Below are positions 27,333-36,948 of a stretch of 38,539 bases of DNA, piece after piece (the first letter of the stretch is position 1; each line of letters opens with the position of its first letter). Origin of the DNA: Pseudomonadota bacterium (lineage in GTDB: Bacteria; Bdellovibrionota_F; JAHFAK01; JBDREC01); contig JBDREC010000033.1 in assembly GCA_043820105.1 (NCBI GenBank), positions 1-38,539 on the forward strand. Reading direction: 5' to 3'. The notes under the pieces are model-generated. The model did not search any database. It saw only the letters and a program-made list of their open reading frames with translations, and had not been told where the DNA came from. A program made the position numbers and the translations under genes.

Positions 27333-28247
27333 TTATAGCCCTCCCATATAAAAATATCTGAGAATCATTGGTCCAAAAATAACGATTGCTATTGTTGGTA
27401 AAATTAGAAGAATCATTGGTATAAGAATTTTTTGTGAAGCTTCTGCTCCTTTTTTTTCTGCTTTTTGAAAGCGCTGTGTTCTTAAAAGCTCAGATTGAGC
27501 CCTTAGGACAGGCCCAATTGATGCACCTAGCTCATCTGCTTGAATTAGTACAGTTGTAAGAGAAGAAAATTCAGATAAATGAATTCGTTGTGCCATGTTT
27601 CCAAGGGCATCTGATCTGTTTGTTCCAAGTTTGATTTCCTTTAACATGGCTTGAAATTCATCAACTAGTGGATTATCTTTAGATTTCTGTATGATTCTCG
27701 TAATTGCTGCAATGAAATCAAGGCCAGCTTCAACAGATAGAGTTAATAAATCCATAAAATATGGCAAAGTTCTAAAAATGATTTTATGTCTTTTTTTCTT
27801 TATTCCACTTATCCAAATATTTGGAACAAACCATCCAATAATTGTGATTAGAATAATTTTGCCATAAGGGATTTCAGCGCCACTTGTTCCAAAATAAAAA
27901 GAAGATGCGCCTAAAGCAAATAGCACTGTAACACATTTAAAGCTTATGAATTCATTGGGATCTAATTGGTCACTCATTCCAGCTGAAATAAGAATTTTTT
28001 TTCTTTTTGCTCTATATTTATCAACCTTTAATGCCATTATTGATGGTAAAAATAGTGGAAATAATATAGCTGCATATTTTAATAGTGAATATCTATATTC
28101 CTTTTTGCCAGTATCAACTCCCAGTCGCTGTTGGGCAAGAATCTTTGCCTCATCTGGCATTAGGTAAAATGATACTATAAAAATTCCAAAAAAGATTAAA
28201 ACAAGAGCAAAATATTCACTAAAAACAATATCTAATAATAATTCCAC
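27333..28247 (-). CDS. tadC: TadC / T2SS-F family inner-membrane platform protein
   Basis: LPYFMDLL.LSVEAGLDF..A, G..R..AL, QADELGASI..LR.QS..R..R..AE..KILIPM; GTG 28247 after AAGGA RBS. Confidence 0.93.
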   Translation of the reverse strand: MELLLDIVFSEYFALVLIFFGIFIVSFYLMPDEAKILAQQRLGVDTGKKEYRYSLLKYAAILFPLFLPSIMALKVDKYRAKRKKILISAGMSDQLDPNEFISFKCVTVLFALGASSFYFGTSGAEIPYGKIILITIIGWFVPNIWISGIKKKRHKIIFRTLPYFMDLLTLSVEAGLDFIAAITRIIQKSKDNPLVDEFQAMLKEIKLGTNRSDALGNMAQRIHLSEFSSLTTVLIQADELGASIGPVLRAQSELLRTQRFQKAEKKGAEASQKILIPMILLILPTIAIVIFGPMILRYFYMGGL

Positions 28248-28318
28248 GATCTTTCCTTTTAATAAAAAAAGCTGAATAATTTTACTTAAATAAGGTGATG
28301 GAGTCAATATATAAGTTT

Positions 28319-28367
28319 TTAGTGGTAAGTGGTAAGTGGTAAGTGGTAAGTAGTAAGTGGTAAGTGG
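28319..28367. repeat. (TAAGTGG)x7 heptamer array
   Basis: Seven units, two of them variant; no partner arm nearby. Confidence 0.9.
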
Positions 28368-28377
28368 AGATTAGAGG

Positions 28378-28405
28378 ATAAATTTTGTCTGACGACAAAA
28401 TTTAT
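28378..28405 (-). terminator. Hairpin immediately 3' of the tRNA
   Basis: ATAAATTTTGTC-TGAC-GACAAAATTTAT perfect 12-bp stem. Confidence 0.5.
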
Positions 28406-28478
28406 GGCTCCTCAGGGACTCGAACCCCGGACGCTACGGATATGAGCCGTATGCTCTAACCACCTGAGCTAAGGAGCC
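28405..28478 (-). tRNA. tRNA with CAT anticodon, most likely elongator tRNA-Met (Ile2 not excluded)
   Basis: GGCTCCT/AGGAGCC acceptor stem, D arm TAGCTCAG..GG..AGAGC, TACGG-CTCATAT-CCGTA, GGTTCGAGTCC T arm; paired 1:72 so not initiator; U38; CCA not encoded. Confidence 0.95.
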
Positions 28479-28511
28479 ATGCTTTGTATTATTACATCTT
28501 ACGATTGGCGG

Positions 28512-28540
28512 AAATTAGAAAAAAAATATTTATATGTCAA
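28512..28540 (-). promoter_or_regulatory. Sigma-70 promoter of the tRNA
   Basis: TTGACA-17 bp-TAATTT followed by GC-rich discriminator CCGCC. Confidence 0.55.
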
Positions 28541-28731
28541 TAAGATTTCGTGAGGCTAAAGCTTGAAGATATTGGAATGCTTGTGTATTAATTGGGCTAT
28601 ATTTTTTCTTTTTGGAAAATAGTGCTGTTTTAGTGGCGAAAAAATTCCTAATATTTAATAGGATTAATGCGTTTTCTAAGCAGGCCCCAAAAAGTACATT
28701 GATTACGTGTGTTTAAGTTTTTTATAATAGC

Positions 28732-28747
28732 TGGCACAATTAATGCA
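28732..28747 (+). promoter_or_regulatory. Sigma-54 promoter of the lytic transglycosylase
   Basis: TGGCACAATTAATGCA, GG-N10-GC. Confidence 0.65.
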
Positions 28748-28861
28748 ATAGTATACTATTATGATTATAGATTCAGCAAATATAAGCAAAAAAATAGCAG
28801 CAAGCTTGCTTATGATGTTGAATGATGATATAATATTAATTAAATAGTTGGGGTAACTTAA

Positions 28862-30076
28862 GTGGTTGAAATAATACTGAAAAAAACATTTAAAATCTTA
28901 ATTCTGATGCAATTGTTATTTACCTTTGCCAGTGCAGATGAATTTGCATCTTTGCTTGATGATCCAACCTATCCATATAATCTGAATTTAACAGGGTATT
29001 ATGGAAGAATGACTTTTTCAGTTCCCTATGAACTTAAAGATAGAGTAAACTTTTGGATTAATATTTACACCAGATATTATGCCTGGCAATCAGTATTACA
29101 TGATACCAAATATCCTGATATAGCTTATATTGTTGTTGATAATAGAGATAGTAAACAGAATAAATCAGCCGTTAAAAATCATTATAATAAAATATTACTA
29201 AGCTTGCATAAAAATAAATATCCAAATACAATTGAAGAAAGACGAATTTATAATCTTTTTGCAAATGTTTTTGAAAAGAATAAATTTCTAAATGCAAGTA
29301 AAAGATTAAGATATCAAGATGGTATGAGAAATAGTTTTTACAAGGGCCTTGTAAGAAGCGGAAAGTACCTCGAAATGATGGAAAAAGTTTTTATAGCGAA
29401 TAAAATACCTGTTGAATTAACAAGAATTGCCTTTGTTGAATCAATGTTTAATACAAATGCATATTCAACAGCTCAAGCAGTTGGAATTTGGCAATTTATG
29501 GAGGCAACTGGACAGCAATTCATGACAATCAATTCATTAGTTGATGAAAGAAAAGATCCATTTATTTCTACAGTTGGCGCTGCAAAGTTATTAAAAGCGA
29601 ATTTTAAAACATTAAAAAACTGGGAACTGGCTGTAACTGCATATAATCATGGCGCTTCTGGTTTAAAAAAAGCATGTGATAAATATTATACAAAATCCTT
29701 ATCTCATTTAATAAATAATTACAAAGGCAACACTTTTGGCTTTGCTTCAAAGAATTTTTATTCATCTTTTTTAGCAGCACTAATTGTTGAAAGAAACGCC
29801 AATTTCTATTTTGGTAAAGTTAATAGATTAGCACCAGAAAAATATGAAATTTTGGAAATTAAAGATAAAATATTTTTAAGCTCAATTCTTAAAAAGACTG
29901 GGCAACATTTGAATAATATTAAAAACTTAAATCCTGCTCTAAAAAGAACTGTTTTAAGTTCTGCAAAACCAATTCCAAAAGGTTACAGATTAAGATTGCC
30001 TCATGGTACAAAAAGCGTGGAAGTTGCAAGTAATTTTGGAAATGAAGTTGAGTTGAAAACTTTTAATTTGCAGTAA
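28862..30076 (+). CDS. Lytic transglycosylase (MltD-like SLT domain, LysM-like C-terminus)
   Basis: AFVESMFN catalytic Glu, AVGIWQFM..TG, VDERKDP, AYNHG; signal peptide. Confidence 0.92.
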   Translation: MVEIILKKTFKILILMQLLFTFASADEFASLLDDPTYPYNLNLTGYYGRMTFSVPYELKDRVNFWINIYTRYYAWQSVLHDTKYPDIAYIVVDNRDSKQNKSAVKNHYNKILLSLHKNKYPNTIEERRIYNLFANVFEKNKFLNASKRLRYQDGMRNSFYKGLVRSGKYLEMMEKVFIANKIPVELTRIAFVESMFNTNAYSTAQAVGIWQFMEATGQQFMTINSLVDERKDPFISTVGAAKLLKANFKTLKNWELAVTAYNHGASGLKKACDKYYTKSLSHLINNYKGNTFGFASKNFYSSFLAALIVERNANFYFGKVNRLAPEKYEILEIKDKIFLSSILKKTGQHLNNIKNLNPALKRTVLSSAKPIPKGYRLRLPHGTKSVEVASNFGNEVELKTFNLQ

Positions 30077-30104
30077 AGAAAACAAGAGCGCAAGAGAAGA
30101 AAGT

Positions 30105-32354
30105 CTAGTCAGTTTCTCTAACCGCAATCGCTGCCATATTGACAATGCCTTCCACATCTGCTTCATGTGAAATAATGTGAGCTGATTTATTTAAACCCAT
30201 TAAAATAGGGCCGATGGCTTCAGCTTTTCCTAGTTTCTTTAAAAGTTTATATGAAATATTTGCGGATTGTAAATCTGGGAAAATTAATATATTTGCATCA
30301 CCTACTAATGTAGAGAATGGATAAAGTTCGTTTCGTGCTTCACTGTCTACTGCAACGTCTGCTTGCATTTCCCCATCAATTGCAAGATCTGGTCTTTTTT
30401 CTTTTACGATTTCTGTGGCTTTTTTAACTTTTATTGAAGAAGCGTGTTTTGCTGAACCAAAATCAGAAAAAGAAAGCATTGCTATTTTGGGTTCAAAACC
30501 AAGTTTTTTGACATTATCTGCTGTCATCATTGCAATTGATGCTAATTCTTCTGCACTTGGGTCAATATTGACTGTAGAATCTGCAAAAAATAAAACTTTT
30601 TCATCAAAAACCATCATATACATGGATGCAACAATATTGTACTTTTTATCAACTCCAATTGCTCTAATTGCTGGGCGGATAGTTTCGGCATAAGACATGG
30701 TTATGCCACTTAACACAGTATCAGCATCACCTTTTTTAACCATCATTGGACCAAAAACCCTGGGAAGCTTCATTAAATCATATGCTTCAGATAAGGTTCT
30801 TCCGTGTCTTTGTCTGATTTCCCAATATTCTTTTGCATAGTCATCATATTTTTCTGATTTCACCGGATTAACTACACTCATTTTTTCAAGTGAGATACCA
30901 AGGTCTTCGGCTTTTTTGCTAATAACTTCTTTAGTACCAAGAAGAATTGGCTGACCAATATTTTCCTCAACAATTAAGGCAGCAGCTCTTAAAATTCTTT
31001 CATCTTCACCTTCTGGAAGGACAATCTTTTTAGGATGTTCTTGGGCCATGTGTTTTACAACTCTCATTACTTTTCTAGAATTTCCCAATAAAGATTCAAG
31101 GTGTTCTTTATATTCTTCAATGTTAAGCTCTTTTCTGGCTACACCGGATTCAATTGCTGCTTTAGCGACAGCAGATGCTTCCCAAATCAAAACTCTATAA
31201 TCAAATGGCTTTGGTATTAAATATTCTTTTCCAAAAGATAATCTCTTAACGCCATATGCCCTGCAAACAGAATCAGGGACATCTTCTTTTGCAAGCTTTG
31301 CTAGTGCTATTGTAGCGGCCATTTTCATTTCTTCATTAATAGTGGTTGCACGAGTGTCAAGAGCACCTCTGAAAATAAAAGGGAAGCCCAGTACATTATT
31401 TACCTGATTTGGATAATCAGATCTTCCTGTTGCCATGATAACATCGTCTCTGGCTGCTAAGGCATCTGGGTAGGTAATTTCTGGATTAGGATTGGCCATT
31501 GCAAAAATGATTGGATGATCAGCCATTGATTTAACCATTTTTTGTGAAAGAGTATTGGCAACAGAGCAACCTAAAAATAAATCTGCCCCAACCATTGCTT
31601 CTTCCAAGGTTCGGAGGTTTGTTTCAACTGCAAATTCAGCCTTGTACCTGTTCATTTTTTCATCTCGGTCCTTATGGATGATACCTTTCGAATCACATAA
31701 AATAAGATTTTTAGGATCACAGCCAAGGGTAACATAATGCTTGGCACAAGCGATGCCAGCTGCCCCGGCTCCATTAATAACAACTCTAAGATCTTGTATT
31801 TTTTTGCCATTAATTTCCAAAGCATTAATTAAAGCTGCACCAGAAATAATAGCAGTTCCGTGTTGATCATCATGAAACACTGGAATATTCATTGTTTCTT
31901 TTAGTTTATCTTCAATATAAAAACAGTTGGGCCCGGAAATGTCTTCCAGGTTTATACCTCCAAAAGTAGGCTCCAATAATTGAACTGTTTTAATTATTTC
32001 ATCAGGATCTTTGGTGTTAAGCTCGATGTCAAAAACATCAATTCCAGCGAATCTTTTGAACAGAACACCTTTTCCCTCCATAACTGGTTTGGAAGCAGCC
32101 GGACCTATATCACCAAGTCCCAAGACAGCGGTTCCATCTGAGATAACAGCAACCAAATTACCCTTTGCTGTATATTCAAAAACTTTTGAAGGATCTTTTG
32201 CAATTTCCAGGCAAGGGACAGCAACTCCTGGTGTGTATGCAAGAGAAAGATCTCTTTGAGTTCTACAAGGTTTTGTAGCCACAACTTCAATTTTCCCTTT
32301 TTTGCCCATGCTATGATATAGCAGAGCATCGTTGTCAGTAATTGAACTAGACAT
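30105..32354 (-). CDS. maeB: NADP-dependent malic enzyme with phosphotransacetylase-like domain
   Basis: [53 protein letters not shown]-terminal PTA domain [15 protein letters not shown]. Confidence 0.97.
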   Translation of the reverse strand: MSSSITDNDALLYHSMGKKGKIEVVATKPCRTQRDLSLAYTPGVAVPCLEIAKDPSKVFEYTAKGNLVAVISDGTAVLGLGDIGPAASKPVMEGKGVLFKRFAGIDVFDIELNTKDPDEIIKTVQLLEPTFGGINLEDISGPNCFYIEDKLKETMNIPVFHDDQHGTAIISGAALINALEINGKKIQDLRVVINGAGAAGIACAKHYVTLGCDPKNLILCDSKGIIHKDRDEKMNRYKAEFAVETNLRTLEEAMVGADLFLGCSVANTLSQKMVKSMADHPIIFAMANPNPEITYPDALAARDDVIMATGRSDYPNQVNNVLGFPFIFRGALDTRATTINEEMKMAATIALAKLAKEDVPDSVCRAYGVKRLSFGKEYLIPKPFDYRVLIWEASAVAKAAIESGVARKELNIEEYKEHLESLLGNSRKVMRVVKHMAQEHPKKIVLPEGEDERILRAAALIVEENIGQPILLGTKEVISKKAEDLGISLEKMSVVNPVKSEKYDDYAKEYWEIRQRHGRTLSEAYDLMKLPRVFGPMMVKKGDADTVLSGITMSYAETIRPAIRAIGVDKKYNIVASMYMMVFDEKVLFFADSTVNIDPSAEELASIAMMTADNVKKLGFEPKIAMLSFSDFGSAKHASSIKVKKATEIVKEKRPDLAIDGEMQADVAVDSEARNELYPFSTLVGDANILIFPDLQSANISYKLLKKLGKAEAIGPILMGLNKSAHIISHEADVEGIVNMAAIAVRETD

Positions 32355-32591
32355 TTTAATAGCTCCATAAAAATTAAAAATTAATAAGTTAGAGCTTATT
32401 AGTTATTTTAATAAAAATTATCAAGAAGTATTCGTATAATCTAAGATTTCCTTGATTTTATTTCCTATTCATTATTAATTTATACTAGGGTAAAAATTTT
32501 TTTATTCAGTACTTAATAGGCAAGATTTGGTTAAAACAAATTAACCAAATACTGAATACCAAATACTGAATACTATTCAAAGAGGTAAAAT

Positions 32592-33548
32592 GTGAAAAAA
32601 GTATCAATAATCGGTGCTGGAAATGCTGGCACAGCAACAGCTTTTTATTTGGCTGAAAAAATGGTAACAAACATAATGCTTATTGATAATGTTGAAGGGA
32701 GAGCAAAGGGCAAAGCCCTTGATCTTATGGAAGCAGCGCCTCTTAGGAATTATGATATTCAAGTAAATGGTTCGGATAAATTTGAAGATATGTCTTCTTC
32801 TGATGCGATAGTTATTGCAGCTGGTACAGTGAGGAAACCAGGGATGTTAAGGTCAGATCTTATTGAAAATAATTTGCCAATTGTTGAAGATGTTTGCAGG
32901 CAAATTAAAAAATATGCACCAAACGCTGTAATTATAAACCTAACAGAACCGGTTGATACAATGACTTATTATATTGTTAAGGGTTCTGCAGAAAAACAGG
33001 GCTTTGATCCTAAAAAAGTCCTTGGCTTAACAGGTGTTTTGGATGCAGCAAGGATGAGAGAATTTATAGCAGAAGAATTGAATATTGCTAATATAAATAT
33101 TAGCTCAATTGTGCTTGGTGGGCATCATGATCATATGGTTATATTGCCTAGATATTCAAGGGTGAATGGAATTCCTATTTCAGAACTATTGCCACCTGAA
33201 AAAGTTGAAAAAATAATAGAAAAAACTAAAAACGCGGGAAAAGATATTGTTGAAGCTTTAAAGACGGGCTCAGCTTCATATGCACCAGGTGCTTCAGTGG
33301 CTGAGGTTGTGGAAGTTATTATAAGAGATGCAAAGCAGATCTTATGCTCCTCTGCTTATCTTAATGGAGAATACAAGACAAAAAATATCTGTCTTGGTGT
33401 TCCAGTATTGCTTGGCAAAAATGGAATAGAAAAAATTATTGAACTTGAACTTACTTCCGAAGAACAAAAAACCTTCATGAAATCTGCAGAAGTTATAGAA
33501 ACCGCAAACAGGGATCTTAAACTAAACACATTGCAAGAGGAGGTGTAA
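32592..33548 (+). CDS. LDH-like malate dehydrogenase paralogue, divergent active site
   Basis: [31 protein letters not shown] replaces the conserved (S/T)NPxD. Confidence 0.88.
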   Translation: MKKVSIIGAGNAGTATAFYLAEKMVTNIMLIDNVEGRAKGKALDLMEAAPLRNYDIQVNGSDKFEDMSSSDAIVIAAGTVRKPGMLRSDLIENNLPIVEDVCRQIKKYAPNAVIINLTEPVDTMTYYIVKGSAEKQGFDPKKVLGLTGVLDAARMREFIAEELNIANINISSIVLGGHHDHMVILPRYSRVNGIPISELLPPEKVEKIIEKTKNAGKDIVEALKTGSASYAPGASVAEVVEVIIRDAKQILCSSAYLNGEYKTKNICLGVPVLLGKNGIEKIIELELTSEEQKTFMKSAEVIETANRDLKLNTLQEEV

Positions 33549-33549
33549 T

Positions 33550-34487
33550 ATGAAGAAAATTACAATCATTGGAAGTGGTAATGTTGGGGCTAGTTGCGCT
33601 TTATACTCTGCAGAAAGAGGGCTTGGAAATATTGTTTTAATTGATGTTGTGGATGGCATGGCTGAAGGAAAGCAAAGGATGCTATGCAAGCTGCTCCTTT
33701 AAGGCGTTATGACATAAGCTTAACAGGAACAAATGATTTTTCGGCAATGAAAGATTCTGATGTAGTTGTTGTTACAGCTGGCAAGGCAAGAACACCTGGT
33801 ATGTCAAGAGATGATTTGCTTATAATAAATGCAAATATTATTGGAACTATTTCAAAAGAAATAGCAAAATATGCTCCAAATGCTATATTAATTATGGTTA
33901 GTAATCCCCTGGATGTTATGGCTTATGTTGCCTTAAATGAGACTGGTTTTGCTTTAAAAAAAGTTGTGGGCATGGCTGGTATTTTGGATTCAGCTCGATT
34001 TAGATATTTTATTTCAGCTGAATTGGGTGTTTCAGTAAGAGATATCGCTGCAATGGTTTTGGGTGGTCATGGCGATACAATGGTTCCTCTACCTAGATAT
34101 ACAACTGTATTTGGAATTCCTCTTCCTGAGCTAATGCCAAAAGAAGCAATTGACAGACTGGTTGACAGAACAAGAAATGGTGGGGCTGAAATAGTTTCTT
34201 ATTTAAAGACGGGTTCGGCTTTTTGGGCACCAGCTGCCAGTACTGCTCAAATGATAGAGTGTGTGCTTAGAGGAACAGAAAGAATTTTGCCTTGTTCTGC
34301 GTATTTAAGGGGCGAATATGGGCTTAATGGAATGTTTGTTGGAGTTCCTGTTAGGCTTGGAAAAAATGGTGTTGAGCAGATTCTAGAGCTTGATCTAAGC
34401 GAAGAAGAATTGTCAGCACTTAATAGTTCTGCCCAATCAGTTAAAAATACTATAGAAAAACTTGAAGAGTTAAAAGCCTCTAAATAA
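33550..34487 (+). CDS. mdh: Malate dehydrogenase (LDH-like) with a single-base frameshift at about 33670
   Basis: [30 protein letters not shown] in one frame; adding one A to AAA 33669-33671 joins it to [33 protein letters not shown]. Confidence 0.9.
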
Positions 34488-34499
34488 GGCTAAAAAAAT

Positions 34500-35747
34500 A
34501 TGAGAATAGAAATTCCATATGCAGGCCAAATCCTTGAATGCAATATAAGTGATAAGAATTTCGAACAAATTATTTTTCCAAAGAATATTGGAAGTTTAAA
34601 TGAATCAAAGCTTTTAACAGAAGCCATCAATAATCCAGTTAATTCCAAAAAATTTGATGATTTTATTAAAGATGCCAAACAGCTTTTATTTATTGTGAAT
34701 GATGGAACACGCCCAACACCAACTGCCAAAGTTTTGAGAAATATATATAAAAAAATAAAAGATAAAAAGCTTAGATTTATTATTGCAACTGGCGCTCACA
34801 GAAGTGCAAGAGAGGAAGAATTAAAAAACATTTTCCAAGAATTCTATGAAGAGTTTCATTCCTTAACTATTAGTCATGATGCTTATGCTAAAAATGAAAT
34901 GACTTTTTTAGGTACTACGACAAATGGCAACAAAATCTTGCTTAATAAACTTGTTTTTGATTCTGATAAAATTGTTGTAATTGGTTCAGTTGAACCACAC
35001 TATTTTGCTGGATTTACCGGAGGCAGAAAAGCATTTCTTCCGGGGGTAGCAGATATTAATTCCATTAAAGCCAACCATAAACTTGCCTTAAAAACTTTAA
35101 ATCAAATAATGAAGCTTGAGAATAATCCGGTTCATGATGAAATGGAAGAAACAGTTTTTATGCTTAAAGAAAAAGAAATATTTTCAATAATGACAGTTCT
35201 TGATAGAGAAGACAAAATTTGTTTTGCTTCTGCCGGAGATATTACGACTTCTTTTGAAATGGCAAGCAAAAAGGCAAAGGATATTTTTTCGGTTCATATT
35301 AATGAAAAGGTAGATATTGCAGTTGCTATCGTTGAAAGTCCCATGGATATTAATTTTTATCAAACGCAAAAGGCTATTCATAATGTAAGCGGAGTTTTAA
35401 ATCCAGGCGGTATTTTAATAATAGTGTCTTGTTGCAAAGAAGGTCTTGGTCGCAAAGGATTTTTAGAACTTTTATCAAGCGAAACAAATTATAAAGAAAT
35501 TTTTAAAAAGATTAATAATGGTTATGAGTTAGGTTATCATATTGCTGCCAAAATTGCGAAAATAGCTGCAAACAATGAAATATGGGTCGTTACAGACTTA
35601 AAAAAAGAGCTTATTGAATCAAAGTTTATAAAAGCATTTAACTCAATCCAAGAAGCTGTAAACGTGGCTCTTGAATTAAAAAAAGACAAAAAGATCTTAT
35701 TTGTAAGATCAGCTAGCATGTTGATTCCTCTTGTAAAGACAGAATAA
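34500..35747 (+). CDS. LarA-family nickel-pincer 2-hydroxyacid racemase
   Basis: DGTRPTPT, ATGAHR, EPHYFAGFTGGRKAFLPG, NH, DINFYQTQK. Confidence 0.9.
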   Translation: MRIEIPYAGQILECNISDKNFEQIIFPKNIGSLNESKLLTEAINNPVNSKKFDDFIKDAKQLLFIVNDGTRPTPTAKVLRNIYKKIKDKKLRFIIATGAHRSAREEELKNIFQEFYEEFHSLTISHDAYAKNEMTFLGTTTNGNKILLNKLVFDSDKIVVIGSVEPHYFAGFTGGRKAFLPGVADINSIKANHKLALKTLNQIMKLENNPVHDEMEETVFMLKEKEIFSIMTVLDREDKICFASAGDITTSFEMASKKAKDIFSVHINEKVDIAVAIVESPMDINFYQTQKAIHNVSGVLNPGGILIIVSCCKEGLGRKGFLELLSSETNYKEIFKKINNGYELGYHIAAKIAKIAANNEIWVVTDLKKELIESKFIKAFNSIQEAVNVALELKKDKKILFVRSASMLIPLVKTE

Positions 35748-35808
35748 ATTATAGATAATCGAGCTAAATATTTTGAGAAAAAATATAAAAAATGAAAGCA
35801 CAAAAAAT

Positions 35809-36747
35809 ATGAATGAAAAATTTAAACGATTTGATTTTAGCAAAATAAAAACATACCCAATTGCTTCAAGAAAAAATCTGGTTTCAAAAGATAAGTTTTC
35901 AAAATTACCAGACGAATTTGATAGCTTTAAAGAATTTTATAAATCTTTACCTGATATTTTAGTCGGAAAGGATTTCAAAAAACTAGTTACGAAAATAAAA
36001 GAGGCAAAAGATAAAAAAAAACCATTTATCGCAGCTCTTGGCGGGCATGTTATTAAATCTGGCGTTGCTCCTTTTATTATTAAGCTAATAAAGGAAGGAT
36101 TTTTAACAGGCATATCAATGAATGGATCAACCATTATTCACGACTTTGAAATTGCAATGATTGGTGAAACTTCAGAGGATGTTGCAAAAGCATTGCACGA
36201 AGGAAAATTTGGTTGTGCCGAAGAAACAGGTGCAAATATTTTTAAGGCCTTAAAACTTTGCGAAAATCATGGTTATGGCGGATCAATTGGAAAATATATC
36301 AATGATTCTTCCTTTAAATATAAAGAATATTCAGTAGCGTATAATTGCTTCAAAGAAAATATTCCTTTAACAGTGCATTCAGCCTCAGGAACAGAAATCA
36401 TATATCAGCACCCAGATGTTGATGGAGCCTTGCTTGGAAAAGCTTCCCAAGTTGATTTTGAAATTCTTTGCGAAAATGTAAAAAATCTAACAGGCGGCGG
36501 AGTATTTTTAAATATTGGCTCAGCTGTTATAATGCCAGAGGTTTTTTTAAAGGCAATAGCAGTTGTTACAGCTTCAGGTTTTGAGCTTGAAAATATTACA
36601 ACAGCAAATTTTGATATGATTCAACATTATAGACCATTAACAAATGTTGTTAAAAGACCAACCTTGAAAAACAGTGAAGGGTTTGCAATCACAGGGCATC
36701 ATGAAATTTTGATTCCATTACTAGCTTTTTCATTATTAAATTCATAG
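35809..36747 (+). CDS. Deoxyhypusine-synthase-like fold protein (GSU2086-like, uncharacterised)
   Basis: GGHVIKSG, MNGS.IIHDFEIA..G.TSEDV, GSAVIMPEVFLKA, HYRP..NVV.RP, GHHE. Confidence 0.75.
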   Translation: MNEKFKRFDFSKIKTYPIASRKNLVSKDKFSKLPDEFDSFKEFYKSLPDILVGKDFKKLVTKIKEAKDKKKPFIAALGGHVIKSGVAPFIIKLIKEGFLTGISMNGSTIIHDFEIAMIGETSEDVAKALHEGKFGCAEETGANIFKALKLCENHGYGGSIGKYINDSSFKYKEYSVAYNCFKENIPLTVHSASGTEIIYQHPDVDGALLGKASQVDFEILCENVKNLTGGGVFLNIGSAVIMPEVFLKAIAVVTASGFELENITTANFDMIQHYRPLTNVVKRPTLKNSEGFAITGHHEILIPLLAFSLLNS

Positions 36748-36948
36748 CTTAACACCTCAAGCTTTAGAACAAGAACGCAAGGGAACAAGGGAACAAGAAA
36801 AACACATTTTTTTGTTTAGGTATTAATTATTATTGGATATTTTTTTTCTTTCATTTTTTCAGAGAAAAGCCGGCTAAGGCCCAGGAATGTCTTTCTTTCA
36901 TAATCAATAGTTCTATATCCATTTGGAAAATTAAGTATTCGCTTGATA

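Noticed and set aside
9410-28367. TAAGTGG and other arrays as CRISPR or telomere-like repeats
   Set aside because: Units are 6-8 bp with no unique spacers, no cas genes are present, and the arrays are internal and intergenic.
28319-28478. tRNA as an integration site for an island
   Set aside because: No integrase and no duplicated tRNA 3' end seen in the window.
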